Below are positions 12,299-25,488 of a DNA stretch of 64,000 nt, one piece after another. Both the position numbers and the translations under genes were made by a program. Each line of letters opens with the position of its first letter. Position 1 is the first letter of the stretch. Source of the stretch: Alphaproteobacteria bacterium (lineage in GTDB: Bacteria; Pseudomonadota; Alphaproteobacteria; Bin95); contig OZ253490.1 of NCBI GenBank assembly GCA_965261985.1, forward strand, positions 3,730,631-3,794,630, given 5' to 3'. Below the pieces are notes generated by a model that was given only the letters and a program-made list of their open reading frames with translations, did not search any database and was not told the origin of the DNA.

Positions 12299-13390
12299 AT
12301 GTCGGAGCGGACGTTCCGGCGCTACCGGGGGCGTTACGAGGAGGACGGGCGCGACGGTCTGTTCGACCGCCGGTTGGGCAAGGCCTCCTCGCGCCGGGTC
12401 CCGGTCGATCGGGTGACCTGGGTGCTTGAGCAGTATCGCAGCCGCCACAGGGGCTGGACGGTGAAGCACTTCCACGACCATCTGCGCGCCCGGCACGACT
12501 TTGCGTTGAGCTACAGCTGGACCAAGGCTGCCTTGCAGGGTGCGGGCCTGGTGTCGCGGGCGCCCCGGCGCGGCGTGCACCGCCGCCGGCGACCGCGCAA
12601 GCCCTGTGTCGGCATGATGCTGCATCAGAGCCTGCCCCCGCGAAGGCGGGGGACGGCTCGCGCCATGAGTGGCTGGCCGGCCAGCCGCCGCTGGACCCGA
12701 TCGTCACCCTGGACGACGCGACCTCGGAGATCTACTCGGCCTTCCTGGTTGCGGAGGAAGGCAGTGCATCGACCTTCCGGGCGCTGAAGCAGGTGTTTGC
12801 CGCCAGGGGCCTGGCCGGCGCGCTCTACACCGACCGCGGCAGCCATTACTTCCATACCCCCGAGGCCGGCGGCAAGGTGGACAGGAACAGGCCGACCCAG
12901 GTCGGGCGCGCCCTGCACCAGCTCGGCATCGAACACATCGCCGCCTACTCGCCCGAGGCCCGCGGTCGCTCCGAGCGTGCCTTCGGAACCCTTCAGGACC
13001 GCCCGGTCAAGGAACTCGCGCTGGCGGGGATCGCAACAGCCGAGGCAGCGAACCGCTTCATCGCCGATACCTACCTGCCCGACCACAACCGGCGCTTCGC
13101 CACCGAGCCCGAACTCGACGACAGCGCCTTCGTGCCGCTCCTCCGGCCAGGTCGATGACATCCTGTGCATCCAGGCAGAGCGCACCGTCGCAAACGACAA
13201 CACCGTGCGATACGAAAACCGGGTCCTGCAAATCCCCGCCGGACCCGCCAGACCCCACTACGTCAAGGCAAGGGTCCGCGTGCACGAATATCCCGATGGA
13301 ACCCTCGCCCTCTTCCACGGTCCCCGATGCCTCGCCCGATACCAGAGCGACGGCGCGTTCATCGACACCCCAACCCGGCAGGTCGCGTGA
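12299..13390 (+). pseudogene. ISNCY-family DDE transposase (HTH + rve core), disrupted by two frameshifts
   Basis: Three frame segments make up the protein. Segment one reads MSERTFRRYRGRYEEDGRDGLFDRRLGKASSRRVPVDRVTWVLEQYRSRHRGWTVKHFHDHLR...GMMLHQ. After a shift it continues DGSRHEWLAGQPPLDPIVTLDDATSEIYSAFLVAEEGSASTFRALKQVFAARGLAGALYTDRGSHYF...AYSPEARGRSERAFGTLQDR. After a second shift it ends DDILCIQAERTVANDNTVRYENRVLQIPAGPARPHYVKARVRVHEYPDGTLALFHGPRCLARY. Confidence 0.7.
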
Positions 13391-13416
13391 CCCGCTTCGA
13401 CGACACCCGCCGAGAA

Positions 13417-13467
13417 CCCTGTGGGGAAGTGGACGGACGCGGAGCGGCCGTCCACTTCCCCACAGGG
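13417..13467. repeat. Perfect 20-bp-arm hairpin (ccctgtggggaagtggacgg/ccgtccacttccccacaggg) inside the 3' end of the ISNCY element
   Basis: I read this directly from the sequence: the arms are separated by a 12-nt loop and lie 27 nt after the transposase stop. No U-tract follows. Confidence 0.5.
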
Positions 13468-13909
13468 ACGACAACAAAAACAGAAGCCGTCAATCCATGT
13501 GCTACCTAAACCGGTCAAATCTACTTGCTAACGACACATGCATTTGCGGAGCATTGGCAGAATTTTACGGATATGTTCCTCTTTCCTGGGGAAACCGGTT
13601 TGCGGCGCCCGCCACGCGCGGAGCGGGTCCGTTCAACCGGATATCCAACGCGCCTGGCGCCGGGCTGCTCAATGTAACAACATGAACAATATCAGGACAT
13701 ACACGCAGCCGAGCTTGAATGCAGTCGGCGGATCCAGCCACGGCTCCTTGCAGTCCGGCCGCCCGGATGTCGGCCGGTCGCATTCCAGTCGGGCAATCCG
13801 CTTGCAAAGGTCTGCGACCGCGGCGCGGAGTTCACGGACTTCGTCGCTCTCGCACTCAGACCCGGCGTTCATGCAGCGGTCTCCGGACCGGACATGTCGT
13901 TGCCCGAAC

Positions 13910-14947
13910 TCATGGGGTGGATCTCCGCGCTCCTGCAGCGCCCTCGCCTGACATGACGCCGGCGGAGAACAATGGCAGCTCTCCGCTGTCCTGCACGGGC
14001 CGTGGCTTCCGGTAGGAGATGCGCAACGTCGGGCTCATCCGGTTGCTTGCCGGAGGCCGGTAATAGAGCGCGGTCGCCGCGAGGTTCGAATGGCCGAGCC
14101 AGTCGCGGACCGCCTCGGGCCGGGCGCCCTCGCGCAGTGCGGTTGCCGCCGCCGTCGCCCTGAGCGAGTGCGCGCAGAGCCCCTCGACTTCTTCGGAAAG
14201 TCCCGAGCGGTCTGCGTGGTAGCAGACGACACTGCGGTAGACGGAGCCGGGATCGAGGGCGCGATCGAGCTTGCCGCCGCCGCGATTGTTGGCCACCGGA
14301 CGGAACAGCGCGTCGAACGGGTCCCAACCGTGGCCGGCCCGGTGGAGATAGGCGTCGATGCGCTGCTTCGCCTCGGGATGGAGCGCGACGGTGCGCACCC
14401 GGCCCCGATTGCCCGTGACCTTCAGTTGGAATTCGCCATTCATGCGGATCAGGTCGCCCGCCCTGAGCCCGCAGAGCTCTTCGCGCGTCAGCCCCTGGCA
14501 AAGCAGCACGGCCAGGATCGCCCGGTCGCGCAGGCCCTTGATCGTATTGTCGGGCGGCGCGTCGAGCAGCCGCTGCGCCTGCTCACCGGTCAGCACCGGT
14601 GCGGCATTCGTATCCTCTTCCTCGACCGGCCGCTCGACGCCCAGGACCGGGTTGCCCTCCACCGCCCCCCTGGTGAGCAGGTCATCGAACAGGGAAGACA
14701 AGGCCGACAGCTTGCGGCGCACGGTCACCGGCTTCAGCGATCGACCGAGCAACTCCTCGCGCCACTCTCCCACCCGTTCCGGGGTCGCATCCCTCAAGTG
14801 CTCCGGCTCCTCGAAACCGGCAAAGCGCATGAACCCGGTCACGTCCCGCAAATAGCCCCTGCGGTTGTGTTCGCTCTCGATCCCGGCGAACCAAGTCTCC
14901 ACGGGCGGCATGGCGGCGAACGGTGACGGAGATGGTTGCTCGGGCAT
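13910..14947 (-). CDS. Tyrosine-type site-specific recombinase/integrase (phage integrase family)
   Basis: The catalytic region reads ...CAHSLRATAAATALREGARPEAVRDWLGHSNLAATALYY, giving the R..HxxR..Y signature. The N-terminal core-binding domain is LRDVTGFMRFAG...VTVRRKLSALSSLF. The true stop may lie before 13910, because the ORF tail is low-complexity. Confidence 0.82.
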   Translation of the reverse strand: MPEQPSPSPFAAMPPVETWFAGIESEHNRRGYLRDVTGFMRFAGFEEPEHLRDATPERVGEWREELLGRSLKPVTVRRKLSALSSLFDDLLTRGAVEGNPVLGVERPVEEEDTNAAPVLTGEQAQRLLDAPPDNTIKGLRDRAILAVLLCQGLTREELCGLRAGDLIRMNGEFQLKVTGNRGRVRTVALHPEAKQRIDAYLHRAGHGWDPFDALFRPVANNRGGGKLDRALDPGSVYRSVVCYHADRSGLSEEVEGLCAHSLRATAAATALREGARPEAVRDWLGHSNLAATALYYRPPASNRMSPTLRISYRKPRPVQDSGELPLFSAGVMSGEGAAGARRSTP

Positions 14948-15284
14948 GGCGCTCCTCGCGAGCTTGGGTTGTTTTATGCGCGATAACGATGTTATCGATC
15001 AAGAAGGGACATGCAAGAATGTTCGTCCCGAACCGCTGGCGCTGCATGGGGGGCCGATGGCGTGAGAATGATGCTGACCCATTTCGACTACGAGTTCCGT
15101 GTCCGTGGAACGGAAGGCGGTCTCAATGAAACGACCTGGATCTTCGAGCCCTGCCCGGATCGGGGCGACGGCAGCGCGGAGATGCGGGAGGGGGTTCTGG
15201 CCGCGGCCGACCTCCACCGGGACCTGCTCGACCGCATCTCCCCTGGCCGTTTTCGGCATGGCTCTCGGGCTCCCCCACGTTCCG

Positions 15285-15320
15285 GAATCGAAAAGGCGGC
15301 CTCGGAAGCCGCCTCTCCTC
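15285..15320 (-). terminator. Rho-independent terminator for the minus-strand SLC13 transporter gene
   Basis: On the minus strand the sequence aggcggc-ttccgag-gccgcct is followed by TTTTCGATT, about 70 nt after the transporter stop. Confidence 0.6.
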
Positions 15321-15385
15321 CCAGCTTACCACAGTTTCCCCCATGTCAAGTCTCCGGCGCGTGCACAGGGCTATGCGCTCGTCCG

Positions 15386-17236
15386 CTACAGCCCGTAATA
15401 GAAGGGCAGCACGAGGCTCGCCGTTGCCCAGACGAAAATCAGCATCGGCAGGCCAGCGCGCACATAGTCCTTGAAGCGGTATCCGGCGGGGCCCATGACC
15501 AGCAGGTTGGTCTGGTAGCCCATCGGCGTTGCAAAGGCGCAGTTCGCGGCGAAGACCACGACCACCGCAAAAGGCTCCACCGGCGCGCCGAGCCCCTGGG
15601 CGAGCGATACCGCAATCGGCGTGAACAACACCGCCACGGCCTTCGTGCCGACAAGGTTCGCGAGGCCCGCAACCAGCAGGAAGAAGGCGGACAGGACGAC
15701 CGATACGGGCGCACCGGCAAGCGCGCCCGCCAGCAGTTCAGACAGGATCGCAGCACCGCCGGTTTCCTGTAGCGCCTTGCCGAGCGCAAGCGCAGCCGCG
15801 ATGGTAAGCACAAGGTCGGCGCCGATGGCCCGCCCGGCCTGGCGCAAGGTCATCACCCCGGTCGCCAACATGGCAGCGGCCCCGACCATCGCACCGATCA
15901 CGATGGGCAGGATGTCGAACGCCGCAAGCCCCACCACAACCGCAAAAATCGCAAGGGCGCGCCGGGCCTCGAGGGCCGACGGCACCTCGCTCGCCGACCA
16001 CTCGATCGGCAGGATGCCCGGGCGGCCGCGCAACGCTGCCTTCGCCTCGGCCGTGCCCTGAACCAGCAGCACGTCGCCGGCAGCGAGCGGCAGGTCGGTA
16101 ATCGGCCCGTGCCGGCGCGCTGCGCGCCGCTGCACGCCCACGACCACGCAATTGTACCGGTAGCGGAAGCCGATCTGCTCCAGCGTGCGGCCGATCAGTT
16201 CCGAGCCGGGCGTCACCAGCACCTCGCCCAGAAGCTGACGCCCGCGCAGCCAGGGCGGCTTGCCGTGCGTTTCGTCCTCGCGCGCCGCCCAGGCATCGCC
16301 AAGCGACGGATGCAGCAGGTCCATCTCGCCCCGGACAGCATCGGTCAGCGCCTGGCGCGTGGCGCTCACGATCAGGATGTCGCCCGGCTGGAGCGCTGCC
16401 TCCTCGCCGAAGGGCGGCAGGAGGCACGCCTCGCCGCGCCGGATCGCGTGAACCGTCACGTCGGCAAGGCCCGGGAAAAATCCCCCGGCCGGCCTGAGCC
16501 CGTCGAGCGGGCGGTCCTCGACGACGTCGATCTGGGCCAGGAACTGCCGGCCGGTGGCGAACCCTGTGCTTCCCGCAGCGCTGCGCTCCGGCAGCAGGCG
16601 GCGGACGACGAGGAGCGCGAAGACCAGCCCCGGCAATGCCACCGCGAGGCCCGGCAGGGTGAAGTCGAAGAACCCGAAGCCCGGCTGCCCCAAATCGGTC
16701 AACATGCCGGAGACCAGCAGATTGGTGCTGGAGCCGATCAGGGTCGTCATGCCGCCCAGGATGGAAGCATAGCTCAGGATCATCATCGACCGGCTCGGCG
16801 GCCCGCCGCCGCGGCTCGCGAAGGTCTGGAGGATCGGGATGAAGATCACCACGACGGGCGTGTTGTTCAGCACGCCGCTGATGAGCAGCACCGCAAGCAG
16901 CGAGGCGACAAGCGCCGTCTCCGACCACCCGCCGGCAATCCTGAGCAATGCCCGCGCGCCGTGGTCGAGCGCGCCGGTCTGCGCAAGCCCCTGCCCCATC
17001 ACGATCAGCCCGAGAAGGGCGAGCAACGCCGGGTTGGCGAAACCCGCGAGCAGGGCGCCCGGACCGAGCAGATTGCGGCCTTCCGGTCCTGCTTCCGGGA
17101 AGATGTGGAATGCCAGCAGCAGCAGGCAGACCACGAACAGCGAGGAGAATTCGAGCGGCAGTCTCGGAGTCGCATAGAGCGTCAACGCCACCGCTATGGC
17201 CATAAAGGCCAGGATCGGACCGAGTTCGCCGTCCAT
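15386..17236 (-). CDS. SLC13/DASS-family anion permease with two central TrkA-C (RCK_C) domains
   Basis: 616 aa with multi-pass hydrophobic N- and C-terminal halves (e.g. ...FATPMGYQTNLLVMGPAGYRF). Two RCK_C-like soluble domains sit between them (LGEVLVTPGSELIGRTLEQIGFRYRYNCVVVGVQR; DVTVHAIRRGEACLLPPFGEEAALQPGDILIVSA). Confidence 0.82.
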   Translation of the reverse strand: MDGELGPILAFMAIAVALTLYATPRLPLEFSSLFVVCLLLLAFHIFPEAGPEGRNLLGPGALLAGFANPALLALLGLIVMGQGLAQTGALDHGARALLRIAGGWSETALVASLLAVLLISGVLNNTPVVVIFIPILQTFASRGGGPPSRSMMILSYASILGGMTTLIGSSTNLLVSGMLTDLGQPGFGFFDFTLPGLAVALPGLVFALLVVRRLLPERSAAGSTGFATGRQFLAQIDVVEDRPLDGLRPAGGFFPGLADVTVHAIRRGEACLLPPFGEEAALQPGDILIVSATRQALTDAVRGEMDLLHPSLGDAWAAREDETHGKPPWLRGRQLLGEVLVTPGSELIGRTLEQIGFRYRYNCVVVGVQRRAARRHGPITDLPLAAGDVLLVQGTAEAKAALRGRPGILPIEWSASEVPSALEARRALAIFAVVVGLAAFDILPIVIGAMVGAAAMLATGVMTLRQAGRAIGADLVLTIAAALALGKALQETGGAAILSELLAGALAGAPVSVVLSAFFLLVAGLANLVGTKAVAVLFTPIAVSLAQGLGAPVEPFAVVVVFAANCAFATPMGYQTNLLVMGPAGYRFKDYVRAGLPMLIFVWATASLVLPFYYGL

Positions 17237-17264
17237 TACCCCGGCGTCCAGTCCCGCCGGCCGG

Positions 17265-18041
17265 TCAGCGCCGGGCGACCATGAGTTTCTTGATCTCGGC
17301 GATCGCCTTGGCCGGGTTAAGGCCCTTGGGACACGTCTTGGTGCAGTTCATGATCGTGTGGCAACGGTAGAGCCGGAACGGGTCCTGCAGGTCGTCCAGC
17401 CGCTCGCCGGTCATCTCGTCGCGGCTGTCGGCGATCCAACGATAGGCCTGGAGCAGCACTGCCGGTCCCAGATAGCGCTCGCCGTTCCACCAATAGCTCG
17501 GGCAGCTTGTGGCGCAGCAGAAGCAAAGGATGCACTCCCACAACCCGTCGAGCCTGGCGCGGTCCTCTTCCGACTGGAGGCGTTCGCGTTCCGGCGGCGC
17601 GCTCACCGTCTTGAGCCAGGGCTCGACGGAAGCAAGCTGGGCATAGGCCTGGTTCAGGTCCGGCACCAGGTCCTTGACCACCCGGAGATGCGGCAGCGGG
17701 TAGATTTTCACATCGCCCCGGATATCGTCGATGGCCTGGGTGCAGGCGAGCGTGTTGGTCCCGTCGATATTCATTGCGCAGGACCCGCAAATGCCCTCGC
17801 GGCAAGACCGGCGGAAGGTCAACGTCGAATCGGTCTCGTTCTTGATCTTGATGAGCGCGTCCAGGACCATCGGCCCGCAATCGTCCATATCGACATCGTA
17901 GCAGTCGATCCGGGGGTTGGCGTCGTCATCCGGAGACCAGCGATACACCTTGAAGCGCCGCGTCTTGCCGGCGCCGGAGGACGCGGGCCAGGTCTTGCCG
18001 GCGCCGATCCTGGAGTTCTTCGGCAGGGCGAGCTGGGCCAT
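17265..18041 (-). CDS. sdhB: Succinate dehydrogenase iron-sulfur subunit
   Basis: [38 protein letters not shown] and [17 protein letters not shown] are the three Fe-S cluster motifs. Confidence 0.95.
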   Translation of the reverse strand: MAQLALPKNSRIGAGKTWPASSGAGKTRRFKVYRWSPDDDANPRIDCYDVDMDDCGPMVLDALIKIKNETDSTLTFRRSCREGICGSCAMNIDGTNTLACTQAIDDIRGDVKIYPLPHLRVVKDLVPDLNQAYAQLASVEPWLKTVSAPPERERLQSEEDRARLDGLWECILCFCCATSCPSYWWNGERYLGPAVLLQAYRWIADSRDEMTGERLDDLQDPFRLYRCHTIMNCTKTCPKGLNPAKAIAEIKKLMVARR

Positions 18042-18059
18042 GGGCGTTGCGGTTCCTTG

Positions 18060-19862
18060 TCAGTAAACGCGCTCGACGGGCGGGATGTATTCCACCTCGC
18101 CGGTCAGGGTGTAGTCGTGCACCGGGCGGTAGGAGAGCGTGACCTTGCAGTCCTCGTCGCAGTGCGCGAGCGTGTGGACCATCCAGTTCTCGTCGTCGCG
18201 GTCCGGCAGGTCCTCGCGGGCATGCGCCCCCCGGCTTTCCTTGCGCGCTTCTGCGGAGAACATGGTGGACATGGAGCAGACCATCAGGTTCTCGAGCTCA
18301 AGCGCCTCGACGAGGTCCGAGTTCCAGATCATCGAACGGTCGGAGAGTTGGATGTCGGTGAGGCTCGCCGCGGACTGGTCCATCTGGCGGCAGCCCTCGT
18401 CCAGCACTTTCTGGTCCCGGAACACGGCGGCGTTGTTCTGCATGATGCGCTGCATGCCGCTGCGGATCTCGCCGGTCATCACCGAGCCGGAGGCATGGCG
18501 CAGGCGGTCGAGCCTGGCAAGCGGCCGTTCGGCCGCATCCGCCGGCGCGGGCGGCACGGCGCCGGAGCCGTCCACCGTTTCGGCCGCGCGCAGCCCGGCC
18601 GCGCGCCCGAACACCACCAGGTCGAGCAGCGAGTTGCAGCCGAGCCGGTTGGCGCCGTGCACGGAGACGGACGCGCATTCGCCCACCGCCATCAGGCCGG
18701 GCACCACCCGGTCCGGATCGCCGGGCGCCGGGTTCAGCACCTCGCCGTGATAGTTGGTCGGGATGCCGCCCATGTTGTAGTGGACCGTCGGCAGCACCGG
18801 GATCGGCTCCCTGGACGCATCGACGCCGGCGAAGATGCGCGCCGTCTCGGTGATGCCGGGCAGGCGGCGTTGGAGCACATCGCCGCCCAGATGCTCCAGA
18901 TGCAGGAAGATATGGTCGGAGCCCGCGCCGACGCCGCGGCCTTCGAGGATTTCGACGGTCATCGAGCGGGAAACGACATCGCGCGAGGCGAGGTCGCGCG
19001 CCGTCGGCGCATAGCGCTCCATGAAGCGCTCGCCCTCGGAGTTGGTGAGATAGCCGCCCTCGCCGCGCGCGCCCTCTGTGATGAGGCAGCCGGCACCGTA
19101 AATGCCGGTCGGGTGGAACTGCACGAACTCCATGTCCTGGTTCGGCAGGCCGGCGCGGGCCACCATGCCGTTGCCGTCCCCGGTGCAGGTATGGGCAGAG
19201 GTGCAGGAGAAATAGGAGCGTCCGTAGCCGCCGGTCGCGAGGATCACCAGCTTGGCGCGGAAGCAGTGGATCGTGCCGTCGTCGAGGTTCCAGGCGATGA
19301 CGCCCCGGCAGTCCCCCTCCGGCCCCATCATGAGGTCGAGCGCAAAATACTCGACGAAGAACTCCGCCGAATGGCGCAGGCTCTGCTGGTAGAGCGTGTG
19401 GAGCAGGGCGTGCCCTGTGCGGTCGGCGGCGGCGCAGGCGCGCTGCGCCGGACTCTCGCCGTAATTCTTCATGTGGCCGCCGAAGGGCCGTTGGTAGATC
19501 GTGCCCTCGGGCGTGCGTGAGAAGGGCATGCCGAAATGCTCAAGCTCGATCACCGCCGGCACGGCGTTGCGGCACATATATTCGATGGCGTCCTGGTCGC
19601 CGAGCCAGTCGGCGCCCTTCACCGTGTCGTACATGTGCCAGCGCCAGTCGTCCTCGCTCATGTTTGCGAGGCTGGCGGCGATGCCGCCCTGCGCGGCCAC
19701 GGTATGGCTGCGGGTCGGGAACACCTTGGTGACGCAGGCGGTCTTGAGGCCGGCCTGGACGCATCCGAGCGTCGCCCGCAATCCCGAACCGCCACCGCCG
19801 ACGACGACGACATCGTAGCTGTGTTCGGTAACGTCGTATGCAGGAGTACCGTTGGCGGTCAT
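18060..19862 (-). CDS. sdhA: Succinate dehydrogenase flavoprotein subunit
   Basis: 600 aa. The FAD-binding N-terminus is [15 protein letters not shown], with [10 protein letters not shown] and a conserved C-terminal domain. Confidence 0.95.
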   Translation of the reverse strand: MTANGTPAYDVTEHSYDVVVVGGGGSGLRATLGCVQAGLKTACVTKVFPTRSHTVAAQGGIAASLANMSEDDWRWHMYDTVKGADWLGDQDAIEYMCRNAVPAVIELEHFGMPFSRTPEGTIYQRPFGGHMKNYGESPAQRACAAADRTGHALLHTLYQQSLRHSAEFFVEYFALDLMMGPEGDCRGVIAWNLDDGTIHCFRAKLVILATGGYGRSYFSCTSAHTCTGDGNGMVARAGLPNQDMEFVQFHPTGIYGAGCLITEGARGEGGYLTNSEGERFMERYAPTARDLASRDVVSRSMTVEILEGRGVGAGSDHIFLHLEHLGGDVLQRRLPGITETARIFAGVDASREPIPVLPTVHYNMGGIPTNYHGEVLNPAPGDPDRVVPGLMAVGECASVSVHGANRLGCNSLLDLVVFGRAAGLRAAETVDGSGAVPPAPADAAERPLARLDRLRHASGSVMTGEIRSGMQRIMQNNAAVFRDQKVLDEGCRQMDQSAASLTDIQLSDRSMIWNSDLVEALELENLMVCSMSTMFSAEARKESRGAHAREDLPDRDDENWMVHTLAHCDEDCKVTLSYRPVHDYTLTGEVEYIPPVERVY

Positions 19863-19871
19863 GAGCGAGCC

Positions 19872-20252
19872 TCAGCCTCCGAGAGCGATCTTGAGGACGG
19901 AGAAGGCGCAGGCGGCGGCGAGCGCCCAGCACCCGCCCTTGACCGCCACGATGCAGGCAGTCCGCCAGCCTTCATGGGCGATATAGTCCTCCAGCACCAC
20001 CTGCACGCCGAGCGCGGCATGGTGGAAGCCGGCGACCGTCAGCAACAGCATCGCAATGGCATTGAAGGGCGAGGCCAGCCATTCCGTGAAGTCGCCATGG
20101 TCCGCCCCGGCGAGCCGGCAGACCGACACGACGAACCAGAGGCAGAGCGGCACAAGCGCGAGCGCGGTCATGCGCTGCGCCCACCAGTGGGCCGCGCCTT
20201 CCCGCGCCGAGCCGAGGCCGCGCACGGCCTTTGCGGAGGTCCTGAATTCCAT
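19872..20252 (-). CDS. sdhD: Succinate dehydrogenase membrane anchor subunit
   Basis: 126-aa hydrophobic protein (MEFRTSAKAVRGLGSAREGAAHWWAQRMTALALVPLCLW...) that directly follows sdhC. Confidence 0.85.
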   Translation of the reverse strand: MEFRTSAKAVRGLGSAREGAAHWWAQRMTALALVPLCLWFVVSVCRLAGADHGDFTEWLASPFNAIAMLLLTVAGFHHAALGVQVVLEDYIAHEGWRTACIVAVKGGCWALAAACAFSVLKIALGG

Positions 20253-20272
20253 GATGCCCGCCCTCCCCCGCT

Positions 20273-20656
20273 TCAGGCCGCGAATGCCCAGACCCAGGCG
20301 ACCGCCGTCAGCAACACGGCGCCTCCCACGACGGCCCAGCCGGACCGGTATGCCTGGTCCAGTTCCAGCCCTATGCCCGCATCCCAGAACAAGTGCCTGA
20401 TTCCATTGCAGAGATGGTAGAACAGCGCAAAGGAGAACCCCGCCAGCACGACGATGCCGAGGATGGAGCCGAAGAACTCCTGCGCGCACCGGAAGGCCTC
20501 CGGTCCCGCAGCGGCTGCAAGCAGCCAACAGGCGAAGAACGCCGCACCCACGCCCAGCGCGATCCCGGCGCCGCGATGGACGATGGAAAGCACGGAAGTA
20601 AGCTGCGGGCGATAAATCTGGATATGCGGCGACAGCGGCCGGTTGTCGGGTACCAT
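20273..20656 (-). CDS. sdhC: Succinate dehydrogenase cytochrome b556 subunit
   Basis: RPLSPHIQIYRPQLTSVLSIVHRGAGIAL is the typical SdhC N-terminus. The start could also be the upstream ATG at 20680. Confidence 0.85.
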   Translation of the reverse strand: MVPDNRPLSPHIQIYRPQLTSVLSIVHRGAGIALGVGAAFFACWLLAAAAGPEAFRCAQEFFGSILGIVVLAGFSFALFYHLCNGIRHLFWDAGIGLELDQAYRSGWAVVGGAVLLTAVAWVWAFAA

Positions 20657-20769
20657 GGAAGAAGCCTGTCCCACGCGCAACGAAAGGCGTCGCTTTCCCT
20701 AATCCCGCGTGGTGGCGCTGTCAATCGGAGCGGGCTGTCGCACTCGGCCGGCGACCGAGCCGCCAGCGC

Positions 20770-23433
<2,664 letters not shown>

Positions 23434-23436
23434 CGT

Positions 23437-25488
23437 TCAGCCCTCGATCCTGGAAAAATCCGCGACCCCGGCGGTCGCGGCGCGGATCCCCGCCAGCAAT
23501 CGGAGGCGGTTGACGCGCAGCGCGGCATCGTCGGCGTTCACAGTCACCTCGTCGAAGAACCGGTCCACCGGCGCGCGCAGGGTCGCCAGCGCCTGGGTCG
23601 CCGCCGAGAAGTCCTCTGTCTCGACCGCGCGGGACGCCGCCGCGCTCGCCCTCGCCAGGGCCTCATACAGGGCGCGCTCGGCTTCGACCGCGAAGACCGC
23701 CGGGTCCGCGTCCGCACCGTAGGAGGCGCTGTCCTTCTTCTCCTCGATGGCAAGGATACTGCCGGCGCGCTTGTAGGCGGTCAGCAGGTTGGCGCCGTCC
23801 TCTTCGTCCACAAAGCGTTCGAGGAAGGAGACGCGGGCCATCAGGCGCGTCAGGTCGTCCTCGTTCCCGAGCGCGAAGACGGCAGATACCAGATCGTGCC
23901 GGGCGCCGCGCTCGCGCAAATGCGCCTTCAGCCGGTCCTCGAAAAAGGCGAAAAGCGCCTCCCCTCCGGTATCCGCCCCGTAGCCCTCCAGCGCCGCCGC
24001 AATCGCAGGGCGTAGCGGAAGGCGCAGGCCGTTTTCCAGCACGATCCGGACGATGCCGAGCGCCGCACGGCGCAGCGCAAACGGATCGCGCGAGCCTGTC
24101 GGCCGTTCGTCGATGGAGAAGAACCCCGCCAGCGTGTCGAACTTGTCGGAAAGCGCCGCCACCATCGAGACCGGCGCGCCCGGCGCCTCGTCGCCCGGCC
24201 CCTGCGGCCGGTAATGCTCCGCCAGCGCATCGGCCACCTCGGCATCCAGCCCCTCGCCGAGCGCGTAATAGCGTCCCATGGCGCCCTGCAATTCGGGAAA
24301 CTCGCCCACCATGCCGGTCACGAGGTCGGCCTTGGCCAGACGCACCGCCTGCCGGCAGCGCGCGGGGTCGGCGCCGGGCACGAGCGGAGCCAGCCGGTCC
24401 GCCAGGCGCTCCAGCCGCCGGACCTTGTCGCCGACACTGCCGAGCTTCGCATGGAACACCACCGCATCGAGCGCCGGCAGGCGGTCTTCGAGCCGGCGTG
24501 CGCGGTCCTGATCCCAGAAGAATTTGGCGTCCGCCAGCCGCGCTCGCAGCACGCGCTCATTGCCGGCCCGAACCGCCGCATTGCCGTCGGCAGCCTCGAT
24601 ATTCGCAACGAACAGGAAGCGCGGCGCCAAGTCGCCTGCCTCATCATCCACGGGGAAATAGCGCTGGTGGGTCTCCATGCTCGTCACCAGCACTTCGGGC
24701 GGCAGTTCCAGGAAGGCCGGGTCGAAGGCGCCAACGCCCGGCACCGGCCATTCGGTGAGGCCCGCATTCTCGGCCAGCAGGCGCGTTGAGAGGCGCGCGC
24801 CTTCCGGCGCCCCCTCGCGGATACGCTGCATGCGCTCTTCCGCGTCGATCAGCACATGGGCCGCGCGCAGCTTCGCCTCATAGTCCGCGAATCCGGTGAC
24901 GGAAAAGGCCGCCGGCGCCATGAAGCGGTGGCCTTCTGTGCAGTTGGAAAAATCGAGCCGCCGCTCCGTGCCCCCGACTTCGACGCCGCCGGGCAGCGTC
25001 TTGCCGCCGAAGAGGGCCAGCACACCCCGCAGCGGCCGCACATAGCGCATCGGCGCATCGCCCCAGCGCATCGACTTGGGCCAGGCGAGCCGGCCCACCG
25101 CGTCCGCCACGATCTCGGCCAGCACCTCGCGCGCCGGCCGTCCCGGCACGCTGCGCACGGTGAACCAGAACTCGGCCTTGCCCTGCTGCCGGCGCTCGCA
25201 CTTGTCCAGGCTGTCGAGACCGGCGGCTTTCAGGAACCCCTCGATGGCGCGTTCCGGCGCGCCCACGCGCGGCCCCTTGCGCTCCTCCACCCGGTCGGGC
25301 TGGCGTTCCGGCAGGTCCTCGACGACCAGCGCAATGCGGCGCGGCGTGGCGAAGGCGCGCGAGCGCCCATGCGCCAGGTCCGCTTCCTTGAGGCCGTCCA
25401 GCACGAGACGTTCGAAATCGCGCCGCGCGCGGTCCTGCATCCGGGCCGGTATCTCCTCCGACAGCAGTTCGACAAGCAGTTCGTTCAT
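23437..25488 (-). CDS. glyS: Glycine--tRNA ligase beta subunit
   Basis: 683 aa with [18 protein letters not shown] at the N-terminus. It overlaps glyQ by 4 nt. Confidence 0.93.
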   Translation of the reverse strand: MNELLVELLSEEIPARMQDRARRDFERLVLDGLKEADLAHGRSRAFATPRRIALVVEDLPERQPDRVEERKGPRVGAPERAIEGFLKAAGLDSLDKCERRQQGKAEFWFTVRSVPGRPAREVLAEIVADAVGRLAWPKSMRWGDAPMRYVRPLRGVLALFGGKTLPGGVEVGGTERRLDFSNCTEGHRFMAPAAFSVTGFADYEAKLRAAHVLIDAEERMQRIREGAPEGARLSTRLLAENAGLTEWPVPGVGAFDPAFLELPPEVLVTSMETHQRYFPVDDEAGDLAPRFLFVANIEAADGNAAVRAGNERVLRARLADAKFFWDQDRARRLEDRLPALDAVVFHAKLGSVGDKVRRLERLADRLAPLVPGADPARCRQAVRLAKADLVTGMVGEFPELQGAMGRYYALGEGLDAEVADALAEHYRPQGPGDEAPGAPVSMVAALSDKFDTLAGFFSIDERPTGSRDPFALRRAALGIVRIVLENGLRLPLRPAIAAALEGYGADTGGEALFAFFEDRLKAHLRERGARHDLVSAVFALGNEDDLTRLMARVSFLERFVDEEDGANLLTAYKRAGSILAIEEKKDSASYGADADPAVFAVEAERALYEALARASAAASRAVETEDFSAATQALATLRAPVDRFFDEVTVNADDAALRVNRLRLLAGIRAATAGVADFSRIEG

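Larger units (their letters stand above)
12181..13536 (+). mobile_element. ISNCY-type insertion sequence (about 1.36 kb) with terminal inverted repeats; transposase inactivated
   Basis: The inverted repeats are gtccggtttaggtagcac (12200-12217) and gtgctacctaaaccggtc (13498-13515), with further imperfect inverted similarity extending outward (tgtcgctagcagatgatct against tgtcgttagcaagtagattt). It is flanked by the direct repeat tgcatttgcggagcat (12165-12180 and 13539-13554). Confidence 0.6.

Noticed and set aside
13669-13872. 67-aa minus-strand ORF downstream of the integrase gene (MNAGSECESDEVRELRAAVADLCKRIARLE...)
   Set aside because: It could be a small excisionase or regulator-like protein. 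It is short, has no recognisable motif or ribosome-binding site, and overlaps other equally plausible frames. The evidence is too weak to annotate it.
13500-15390. tRNA or tmRNA attachment site for the tyrosine integrase
   Set aside because: I scanned both flanks for T-loop-like GTTCGAATC/GTTCAAATC cores and cloverleaf-compatible stretches and found none. No tRNA is reported; the integrase may use a non-tRNA site, or the site may have been lost.
17196-19520. 774-aa plus-strand ORF antisense to sdhB/sdhA
   Set aside because: It is antisense to two highly conserved genes and has a low-complexity composition.
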